From positions 1 to 56,475 of the forward strand of contig JBNJED010000001.1 of NCBI GenBank assembly GCA_051745535.1: a stretch of DNA of 56,475 nt. The letters are read 5' to 3'. Position numbers and translations under genes: made by a program. This stretch comes from Pseudomonadota bacterium. GTDB taxonomy: Bacteria; Pseudomonadota; Gammaproteobacteria; Thiohalospirales; Thiohalospiraceae. This document shows positions 49,064 through 56,475 of this stretch, in pieces (position 1 is the stretch's first letter; each line of letters opens with the position of its first letter). The notes below the pieces were generated by a model. That model ran no database searches. It had not been told where the DNA came from and saw nothing but the letters and a program-made list of their open reading frames with translations.

Positions 49064-50382
49064 GCGTTCTCCCCCTCTGCCTCTTCGGCGCCGGGATTCA
49101 TCAGTTCCTGGAAGCTCATGGGCTTTTCGGTTACATGGGCCCGCTCGGCGAACCATTCAACCACCTTGCCCTCGAGAACCAGGGACTCCACTTCCGCCAG
49201 TCGCTGGCGGTCCCCGTAATAATAGTCGATCACCTGCTGCGGCTGCTCGTAGGGTGCGGCGATCTCTTCCACCTTCTCCCGCACCTCGTCGCGGTCCGCC
49301 TGCAGGCCCTCGTCCTCCACGACCTTCGACAGGATGAGGCCCAGCGCCACCCGGCGCCGCGCCTGCTCGTCGAACATGGAGCGGTCGAGATTGACGTCCT
49401 GGGCCGCGGCCCCCTGGGACTGCATCTGCTGACGCATCTGCTCCACCAGGTTGTCCGCCTCCTGGTCCACCAGGCCCTGGGGCAGCTCCAGGCCGTGGTT
49501 CTGCCACAGCTGCTCCATCACCTGGTCCTTCACCCGCTCGCGCAGGCGCTGGTTGAGCTCGCGCTCCATGTTGGAGCGGACCTCGTCGCGCAGGGCCTGG
49601 ACGCTGTCCATGCCCAGGGAGGCGGCGAACTCCTCGGTGACCTCGGGCAGCTGCGACGCCTCGACCTTCTTCACCGTGGTCTCGAAGCGGGCGGTCTTTC
49701 CGGCCAGGTCCTCCACCGGGTAGTCCTCGGGGAAGGTGACCGACAGCTCGGGGTGCTCGCCGGCAGAGGCGCCGCGCAGGCCGTCCTCGAAGCCCTCGAG
49801 CATGCGCGCGGAGCCGATCTCCACGGCGAAGTCGTTCGCCTCGCCGCCCTCGAAGGCCTCGCCGTCGACGTAGCCCTTGAAGTCCAGGGTGACGCGGTCG
49901 CCCTCCTCGGCGGCCCCGTCCTTCTCGACCCACTCCTTGCGCTGCTCGCGGATCATGTCGAGGGTCCGATCCACGTCGGCCTCCTCGATGGTGACCTGCG
50001 GGCGCTCCACCTCCAGGGAGGCGGCGTCGGGGACGGTGACCTCGGGGTAGACCTCGAAGCGGGCGGTGAAGGTGAGCTTGCCGTCATCGCCGATCTGCGG
50101 CGCCTCCACCTCGGGGGTGCCGGCGGGGCTGAGCTCCTGCTGGCCCAGCGCCTCGATGAGCGAGGACTGGATCACCTCGCCGACCACCTCCTCGCGGACC
50201 TGCGGCCCGTACCGCTTGCGCATGACCGACAGCGGCACCTTGCCGGGACGGAAGCCGTCGATCCGGGCATTCTTGCGCATCTGCTCCAGCCGCTGGTCCA
50301 CCTGGGAGGTGACCCGGTCCTCGGGGACGGTGACCGTGAGCCGTCGCTCCAGGCCACCGGGGGATTCGACGGAAACGTCCAT
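49060..50382 (-). CDS. tig: Trigger factor
   Basis: [17 protein letters not shown] and FPEDY. Confidence 0.97.
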   Translation of the reverse strand: MDVSVESPGGLERRLTVTVPEDRVTSQVDQRLEQMRKNARIDGFRPGKVPLSVMRKRYGPQVREEVVGEVIQSSLIEALGQQELSPAGTPEVEAPQIGDDGKLTFTARFEVYPEVTVPDAASLEVERPQVTIEEADVDRTLDMIREQRKEWVEKDGAAEEGDRVTLDFKGYVDGEAFEGGEANDFAVEIGSARMLEGFEDGLRGASAGEHPELSVTFPEDYPVEDLAGKTARFETTVKKVEASQLPEVTEEFAASLGMDSVQALRDEVRSNMERELNQRLRERVKDQVMEQLWQNHGLELPQGLVDQEADNLVEQMRQQMQSQGAAAQDVNLDRSMFDEQARRRVALGLILSKVVEDEGLQADRDEVREKVEEIAAPYEQPQQVIDYYYGDRQRLAEVESLVLEGKVVEWFAERAHVTEKPMSFQELMNPGAEEAEGENA

Positions 50383-50467
50383 CTCGACTCCTCTTGTCGG
50401 ATTCTTCAATTTCAACGCGATTGATCTTCCCGTGACAACCGACCACGGGTGGGGTTTCCCCGAAAGC

Positions 50468-50552
50468 TGGTGCGAAAGGCGAGACTCGAACTCGCACGGG
50501 CAAAGCCCACTGGATCCTAAATCCAGCGCGTCTACCATTCCGCCACTTTCGC
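50468..50552 (-). tRNA. tRNA-Leu(TAG)
   Basis: 85 nt, GCGAAAGTGGCGGAATGGTAGACGCG...tTTAGga, long variable arm, GTTCGA, ends TTTCGCACCA. Candidate -10 TATACT at 50566-50571. Confidence 0.97.
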
Positions 50553-50701
50553 GTGGATCCGCCGCAGTATACCGACTGTGTCCACGGCTGCCCAATCACC
50601 CGGAATGGCGGGCGGGAGGGTCGATCCCGCCGGTATCCCGACGGCAACGGGCCCGCCCCCGGAGGGACGGGCCCGTGGCTTACCGCCCTCCCCGGGCGGT
50701 G

Positions 50702-53700
50702 TTACGCCGGCGTCTCGCCGCGGCGCTCGGCCTTGCGCTGGAGGTGCCGCTCGTACAGGTAGTAGAGCAGCGGGATGACGAACAGCGTCAGCGCCGTGGA
50801 GGCGAAGACCCCGAACATTAGCGAGATGGCCAGGCCGCCGAAGACCGGGTCGGTGAGGATCACCGAGGTGGCGATGATGAGCGCCAGGGCGGTGAGCATG
50901 ATGGGCCGCAGCCGCGCGATGCCGGCGTTGAGCACGGCATCGAAGAGGCCCTCACCGGCCCGCCGGTTGTCCAGGATGAAGTCGATGAGCAACAGGGAGT
51001 TGCGCACCACGATCCCGGCCAGGGCGATGACCCCGATCATGGAGGTAGCGGTGAAGTGCTGCCCCATGGCCCAGTGGCCCGGGAAGACTCCGACCATGGT
51101 CAGCGGGATCGCCCCCATGACGATGATCGGCACCATGAAGGAGCCGTAGTAGCCCACCAGCACCAGGTAGATGAGGATGATGGCCACGGCGAAGGCCGAA
51201 CCCAGGTCGCGGAAGACGTCCAGGGTCAGGCGCATCTCCCCGTCCCAGCGGATGCTGTAGCCGGTGGTATCGGGGGAGGCCATGAAGTACTGGTCCAGCT
51301 CCACGCCGCTGGGCAGGGAGTTGTTGCGCAGGTAGTCCCACATCTTCAGCACCGCGTAGACCTGGCTGGTGGAGCCCAGCTCCCCGGTGACATAGGCCAC
51401 CGGCCGCTGGTTGCGGTGCTCGATGGGCTTGGGCGTGGGCCGCTCCTCGATGGTCGCGATCTCGGTGAGCGGGATCTGCCGGCCCTGCTCGTTGGTGAAG
51501 AAGATGTCCTCCAGGTCGTCCACGTCCACCCGCGCCTCGGTGGGGATCTGGACGTGGATCGGCACCGGCTCCTGGGCGGTATCCATGTGGATGGTGCCGA
51601 TGTCCCGACCGTCCAGGAAGGCGTGCAGGGTCTGCGCCACCTCCGCCGGCATGATCCCGGCCAGGGCCGCCTTCTCCCGGTTCACCTGGATGTCGTACTC
51701 CCGGGTATCGGCGGCCACCGAGGTGTCGATGTCCACCACGTCCTCGGTCTCCTCGAAGACCTCGGTCCGTAGCTCCCGGGCGATCTCGCGGACCTTGTCG
51801 TAGTCGGGGCCGTAGACCTCGGCGAGGATGGTGGAACGTACCGGCGGCCCCGGCGGGTCCTCCACCAGCTTGATGTTGGCATCGAAGCGATCGCCGATGG
51901 CGTCCAGCTCCGGCCGCAGATTGCGCACGATCTCGATGGAGGAGATGTCGCGGTGGTGCTTGTTGGTGAGGTTCACCCGCACCGCGCCGACATGCTCGCC
52001 CTCCTTGAGGGTGTTGCCCCGGAGCAGGCCGTTGAAGTCGACCACGCCGGACATGCCCACGGTGGGCTCGTAGCTCTCCACCTCCGGATGCTCCCGCAGG
52101 ACATCCCCGATGGCGCGCGCCACCCGGTCGGTGCGCTCCAGGGCGGTCCCCTCGGGCATGTCGATGGTGACGTTGAAGGTACTGGTGTTGTTCTTGGGCA
52201 GCATCATGAACTTCACCTTGTCGAAGGCCGGCATGGCCAGCACGCCCACCATCAGGGCGATGACAATGAGGAAGAACAGGATGCGCGCCCAGATGGAGCG
52301 AAGGATGGGCCGCATGATCACGGCATAGAGCTTCTCCAGGATCCCCCGCTTGTGCTCCTCGATGCTCTCGTGGCCGCCATCCCCGGTCTTGAGGAAGCGG
52401 TAGGCGAGATAGGGGGCCACGGTATAGGCGATGGCCAGGGAGACGATCATCGCCGTGGGCACGAAGAAGGGGATGGGCGCCATGTAGGGCCCCATCATCC
52501 CGGTCACCCAGAACATCGGCACCAGCGCCAGGGCCACGGTGAAGGTGGCCACGTTCGTCGGCTTGCCGATCTCGTTGACCGCGTCGATGGCGGTCTCCAG
52601 GTAGTCCTTCACCTTGCCGCTGTAGTGGCGGTAGATGTTCTCGATGACGACGATGGAGTCGTCCACCAGCAGCCCCAGCGCCAGAATGAGGGCGAAGAGC
52701 GTGATCCGGTTGATGGTCTGGCCCATGGCGTAGCCGATGGCCAGGGTCAGAAAGAGGATGAGCGGGATGGTGATGGTCACGATCCCGGCGGCCCGCCACC
52801 CCAGGAAGAGGATGAGCAGGACCACGACGCTGCCGATGGCGATCCCCAGGTGCTCGATGAGGAAGTTCACCGCCTGGTTGGCCTTGGCGCCGTCGTTGCG
52901 GGTGACATCCACCCGCACATCCTCGGGGATGACGTCGCCGCGGATCTCGTCCAGGCGCTCCAGGACCCGCTCGGCGACGAAGACGGCGTTGGCCTCCGGC
53001 TTCTTGGCGATGGCCATGCGCACCGCCGGAATCTCCAGATTCTGCGGCCGCTCGCCGGTGTAGGCGGCGCCGTAGCCGATGCGGGTGACATGGTCGAGAT
53101 CGCCGGCGCCGTCGGTAATGGTCGCCACGTCCTTGAGGAAGACCGGCTGGTGGCGCTCCAGGGCGACCACCACATCCCCCACGGCATCGGCGTCCTCCAG
53201 CATGCCCCCGGCGCGCACCGGGAAGGTGGTGTTGTCCCGGGTGAGCTGGCCGGAGGGGATGTCGACGTTGGTCGCCTCCAGGACCTCGGATATATCCAGC
53301 AGGGTGACGTTGTAGTCCCGCATGGCCTCCAGATCGAGGTCCACGTTGATAGTGCGCGAGCGGCCGCCGTGGACGTGGGAGGCCGAGGCCCCCTCAACCC
53401 GGCGCAGGTGCTCGATGGCGTCCAGCCCGATCTGGCGCAGTTCCATGTCGTTGCGCTCTTCCGACGCCAGGGAGATCTTCATCACCGGGACGTCATCCAC
53501 GTCCACCCGCTGGATGATGGGGTCGTTGGTCCCCGGCGGCATCTGGTCCATGTTCGACATGATCCGGTCGTAGAGCTTGACCAGGGAGGCCTCCTTGTCC
53601 TCGCCCACGTTGAACCGGACCGTCACCACGCCCATGGAGTCCCGCGCCTGGGCGAAGGTGTCGTCGATGCCGGGCATGCCCTGGAGGATGGACTCCAGCG

Positions 53701-53944
53701 GCTTGACCACCAGCTCCTCCACCTCCTCCGGCGAGGCTCCGGGCTTGGAGACCACCACGTTGGCCGCCGGGACCACGATCTGCGGATTCTCCTCCCGCGG
53801 GGTGAAGTTCAGCGCGAAGATCCCCACCAGAAAGGAGAAGAGGATGATGAGCAGGGTGAGCTTGTTGTCGATGAAGGCGCGGGCGATGGAGCCGGCGATG
53901 TTGGGCCGGATCCCCTCGTCGCTGCCGTTGTTCGATTCGGCCAT
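50702..53944 (-). CDS. RND efflux transporter permease (AcrB/CusA superfamily)
   Basis: 1080 aa with PREENPQI, TM4 GLLVDDSIVVIENI, GIVVRNSLLLIDF and RLRPIMLT. Confidence 0.93.
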   Translation of the reverse strand: MAESNNGSDEGIRPNIAGSIARAFIDNKLTLLIILFSFLVGIFALNFTPREENPQIVVPAANVVVSKPGASPEEVEELVVKPLESILQGMPGIDDTFAQARDSMGVVTVRFNVGEDKEASLVKLYDRIMSNMDQMPPGTNDPIIQRVDVDDVPVMKISLASEERNDMELRQIGLDAIEHLRRVEGASASHVHGGRSRTINVDLDLEAMRDYNVTLLDISEVLEATNVDIPSGQLTRDNTTFPVRAGGMLEDADAVGDVVVALERHQPVFLKDVATITDGAGDLDHVTRIGYGAAYTGERPQNLEIPAVRMAIAKKPEANAVFVAERVLERLDEIRGDVIPEDVRVDVTRNDGAKANQAVNFLIEHLGIAIGSVVVLLILFLGWRAAGIVTITIPLILFLTLAIGYAMGQTINRITLFALILALGLLVDDSIVVIENIYRHYSGKVKDYLETAIDAVNEIGKPTNVATFTVALALVPMFWVTGMMGPYMAPIPFFVPTAMIVSLAIAYTVAPYLAYRFLKTGDGGHESIEEHKRGILEKLYAVIMRPILRSIWARILFFLIVIALMVGVLAMPAFDKVKFMMLPKNNTSTFNVTIDMPEGTALERTDRVARAIGDVLREHPEVESYEPTVGMSGVVDFNGLLRGNTLKEGEHVGAVRVNLTNKHHRDISSIEIVRNLRPELDAIGDRFDANIKLVEDPPGPPVRSTILAEVYGPDYDKVREIARELRTEVFEETEDVVDIDTSVAADTREYDIQVNREKAALAGIMPAEVAQTLHAFLDGRDIGTIHMDTAQEPVPIHVQIPTEARVDVDDLEDIFFTNEQGRQIPLTEIATIEERPTPKPIEHRNQRPVAYVTGELGSTSQVYAVLKMWDYLRNNSLPSGVELDQYFMASPDTTGYSIRWDGEMRLTLDVFRDLGSAFAVAIILIYLVLVGYYGSFMVPIIVMGAIPLTMVGVFPGHWAMGQHFTATSMIGVIALAGIVVRNSLLLIDFILDNRRAGEGLFDAVLNAGIARLRPIMLTALALIIATSVILTDPVFGGLAISLMFGVFASTALTLFVIPLLYYLYERHLQRKAERRGETPA

Positions 53945-53971
53945 GGCGTTCGTTCTCCTCTAGCGGGCCTG

Positions 53972-54325
53972 CTACTGCCGAATGGGGGTGCCGTCGACGA
54001 TGTCGTCCAGGTCGCCGACCACCAGCGTCTCGTCGCCTTCGAGGCCCGCCAGGACGTCGCGATAGCGGCCACGCTCCTTGCCGGGCTCCACCAGCCGCGC
54101 CCGGGCCTTGCCCTCCTCGAGGACAAAGACGTGGGGCATGTCCCAGCGCTGCACGATGGCGCTGGCCGGGACGCGGACCTGCCCGTTACGGACCCGCGCC
54201 TCGGTCACCGATCGGTCCACCGCCTCGCGCTCGGCGAAGGGGGTGGCCTCCTCGGCCTCGTGGACGCAGCCGGCCAGGGACAGCCCGACCAGCGCGGCGA
54301 TGACTACGGTGCCTGCACGCATCAC
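53972..54325 (-). CDS. Small lipoprotein resembling only the membrane-proximal domain of an RND periplasmic adaptor
   Basis: LAGC lipobox. VPASAIV...VFV...G.....VLAGL..DETLVV is the typical adaptor C-terminus. Only 117 aa. Confidence 0.75.
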   Translation of the reverse strand: MMRAGTVVIAALVGLSLAGCVHEAEEATPFAEREAVDRSVTEARVRNGQVRVPASAIVQRWDMPHVFVLEEGKARARLVEPGKERGRYRDVLAGLEGDETLVVGDLDDIVDGTPIRQ

Positions 54326-55713
54326 GGCATCTCTCCCATTGCGGAACCCTCGTCGTCCAGAAGCCGGCCCTGGGCCGCGGTGAGCCGCAGCATGCCGGTC
54401 TGGAGGGCGTGGCGGGCACTCAGGACCTCGTTGCGCGCCTTGACCAGCCGGCCCTCGGCCTGGAGGACGTCGATCAGGATGGTCCGGCCCTGGCCGTAGC
54501 GGCTATCCACCTGGGCGACGTTCTTTTCGGCCCGTTCCACGGTCCCCCGGCTGTTCTCCAGCCGCTGGCGGGCCAGCTCGATGTCGTCCACCGCCTGACG
54601 GACCTCGTTGCGGATGGACTGCTCGCGCTCGGCGATCTCGGCGCGGACCCGCTCGGTGCGCTGGCGCGCCGCCGCCGCCTTGCTGCTGGCGGTGCCCCCG
54701 TCCCAGAGCTGGTAGCTCACCTGGGCCGTGGCGCGCCAGGCGGTATTGTCGTAAGCAGAGTTCTCGCCGTAGGTGTTGCCGGAGGCGACGAGATTGACCT
54801 GCGGGCCGTAGGCGGCCTCCTCCATGTCCACCTGGGCACGCTGGGCCGCCCGCTGAGCCCGCAGCGATTCCAGATCCCGGCGGCTGGCCAGCGCCTCGTC
54901 CTGGAGGGTCTCCAGCCCGGCGATCTCCGGTATCTCGTCCACCGGGGGCAGTTCCGCCACCTCCACCGGCTCGCCTCGGTCCAGCCCCATGACCAGCCGC
55001 AGCCGGTTGCGGGCCTGGCGCACCCGCTCCCGCGCCTGGTCGCGGGTGGCCTCCATCTCGTTGAGATTGACCTCGGCGGTGAGCTGATCGGACTCCACGA
55101 TGCGGCCATCCCGGACCAGCCGGCGCGTGGTATCGGCGTGTTCCCGGGCGGCCGCCACCGCCTCCTCGGCGATGGTCAGGCCGCGCTCGGCGGCCTGGAC
55201 CGCGAGGTAGGCGCGCCGGGTCTGGTAGGCGATAACCTCCCGGGCGCGCAGGTGGCCCAGTTCCGCCGCCTGGTGGGCCGACTCGGCCCCATCCACGCCG
55301 GCGCTCACCCGGCCCCCGGTGTAGAGGGGATAGCGTACCTCCACGCCGGTGGACATCAGGAAACTGGGATCGGGGTTGTTGAGTTCGTCCGGGTCGAAAT
55401 CCCCGAGATCCGGCGGCTGAGAAGCCATGTCGGCCTCGATGTTCCCCGCCTGGAGCTTGTGGGAGAAGGCGTCCAGCGGATTGTTGCTGGCACTGCCGCT
55501 GGCGGTGAGGGCCACCTGCGCCGACCCCGCCGAGCGTGCCGCCTCCAGGTCCGCCTCCGCCGCGCCGATGGAGGCCTGGCTGGCATCCAGGCGCGGATTG
55601 TGGCTCAGGGCGTGGTCCACTGCCGCCTCGCGGTCGAAGAAGGCCGCCCCGGCCGGTGGTGCCAGGGCCAGTGCCGCCGCGGCGGCGACCGCCCGCATCC
55701 CGTGTCGCATCAC
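54322..55713 (-). CDS. TolC family outer-membrane factor
   Basis: Signal peptide, ALSHNP, YPLYTGG, QLWDGG and RYGQG.TILIDVLQAE. Confidence 0.9.
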   Translation of the reverse strand: MMRHGMRAVAAAAALALAPPAGAAFFDREAAVDHALSHNPRLDASQASIGAAEADLEAARSAGSAQVALTASGSASNNPLDAFSHKLQAGNIEADMASQPPDLGDFDPDELNNPDPSFLMSTGVEVRYPLYTGGRVSAGVDGAESAHQAAELGHLRAREVIAYQTRRAYLAVQAAERGLTIAEEAVAAAREHADTTRRLVRDGRIVESDQLTAEVNLNEMEATRDQARERVRQARNRLRLVMGLDRGEPVEVAELPPVDEIPEIAGLETLQDEALASRRDLESLRAQRAAQRAQVDMEEAAYGPQVNLVASGNTYGENSAYDNTAWRATAQVSYQLWDGGTASSKAAAARQRTERVRAEIAEREQSIRNEVRQAVDDIELARQRLENSRGTVERAEKNVAQVDSRYGQGRTILIDVLQAEGRLVKARNEVLSARHALQTGMLRLTAAQGRLLDDEGSAMGEMP

Positions 55714-55763
55714 TCGTGCCCTCCTGGGAATTTCACCGATACGGCATTATAGCGATAGCGTTT

Positions 55764-55778
55764 CATTATTCAATAATG
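55764..55778. promoter_or_regulatory. Perfect AT-rich palindrome upstream of the efflux operon (candidate repressor site)
   Basis: CATTATT-C-AATAATG. Confidence 0.55.
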
Positions 55779-55835
55779 TTCTTGAAGATTCCCGCCATCG
55801 CCTGCCGGTCACACCTCCGTTAGAATAGCGGCCAA

Positions 55836-55912
55836 CGGGGCATAGCGCAGTCTGGTAGCGCGCCAGCTTTGGGAGCTGGATGTCGCAGGTTCAAATCCTG
55901 CTGCCCCGACCA
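55836..55912 (+). tRNA. tRNA-Pro(TGG)
   Basis: 77 nt, CGGGGCATAGCGCAGTCTGGTAGCGC...ttTGGga...GTTCAAATC...CCCCGACCA. -10 TAGAAT at 55821. Confidence 0.97.
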
Positions 55913-55943
55913 GATACCCCCGGCAGGTACCCCGGGCACGGCC

Positions 55944-56243
55944 ATGACCCCTCCCCGCGATCCCCGCCCCTGGTCGGTCTACATCCTGGAACTCGCCAGC
56001 GGCGCCTGGTACACCGGCATCGCCACCGATGTCGACGCCCGCTACCGCGCCCACGCCGCCGGCCGCGGCGCCCGCGCCGTGCGCCTGGGGGGCGGACCCC
56101 AACGGCTGGTCTGGCAGCAGGGAGAACTCAGCCACACCGATGCCCTGCGCCTGGAGCACGCCATCAAGACGCTGCGCCGGTCACAGAAGGTCGCCCTCGT
56201 CCGCGGCGACCGGGACTGGCGCGCCCTGCTCCCGGATAACTAG
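55944..56243 (+). CDS. GIY-YIG nuclease family protein (UPF0213/YhbQ-like)
   Basis: WSVYIL...WYTGIATD..RY..H..GRGA and ALRLEHAIK. Confidence 0.88.
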   Translation: MTPPRDPRPWSVYILELASGAWYTGIATDVDARYRAHAAGRGARAVRLGGGPQRLVWQQGELSHTDALRLEHAIKTLRRSQKVALVRGDRDWRALLPDN

Positions 56244-56378
56244 GATCCGGCCCCTGCTACGCCTCCCCGAACAACCCCGCGGTTGGCCCGGGTCCCTGCG
56301 ATCTTCCGGCGCAGAACCCTTGCACCGACCACCGCCCACCGGCAGGGTACGTACCACCCTATCCACAGGATCCGAACC

Positions 56379-56475
56379 ATGACCGAACCCACCCGGATGG
56401 AGGCCATCCTCACCGGCGACCTCGACCCCGACGACGTCACCGTGGGCGAGCTCCTGCGCGAGATGGCCACCCTGG
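56379..56475 (+). CDS. Hypothetical protein, 3' truncated by window edge
   Basis: AGGA RBS, then ATG and an open frame MTEPTRMEAILTGDLDPDDVTVGELLREMATL with typical codon usage. Confidence 0.55.
   Translation, partial: MTEPTRMEAILTGDLDPDDVTVGELLREMATL

Noticed and set aside
55836-56475. Genomic island at tRNA-Pro (GIY-YIG gene follows)
   Set aside because: The GIY-YIG protein is the short housekeeping UPF0213 type. There is no integrase, duplicated tRNA 3' end or compositional shift in the window.

Overview
A 56.5 kb, very GC-rich core-chromosome segment of a gammaproteobacterium. Its proteins are strongly acidic, which suggests a halophile, probably Chromatiales/Ectothiorhodospiraceae-like (inference). 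Left to right it holds: the 3' end of a DNA photolyase; a COG1058/CinA-N gene; a six-gene-plus-SDR cluster matching the furan/cyclopropane fatty-acid photo-oxidative-stress operon; a divergent glk-pgl / GH100-invertase-like + sucrose-phosphatase-like module; DUF465-DUF3549; pap (PPK2); an M16C peptidase; metK-ahcY-metF; an MBL hydrolase; cytochrome c' and cytochrome b; cheV; mobB-moeA; nhaD; dnaQ-rnhA-yafS / gloB-mltD; a peptide ABC transporter; fabI; a DAACS symporter; ppiD; tRNA-Val; hupB; lon-clpX-clpP-tig; tRNA-Leu; a TolC / mini-adaptor / RND operon; tRNA-Pro; and a GIY-YIG gene. I found no integrase, transposase, prophage or CRISPR array. The most interesting signals are: (1) three copies of a structured intergenic element with many compensatory base changes and two CsrA/RsmA-consensus CANGGANG motifs; (2) an RND efflux operon whose adaptor is reduced to a 117-aa lipoprotein that looks like only the membrane-proximal domain; (3) three phased 11-bp direct repeats resembling a CarH/LitR photoreceptor operator in front of the furan-fatty-acid-like operon; (4) a long structured metK leader. 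All family assignments come from motif recognition by eye, not database searches.
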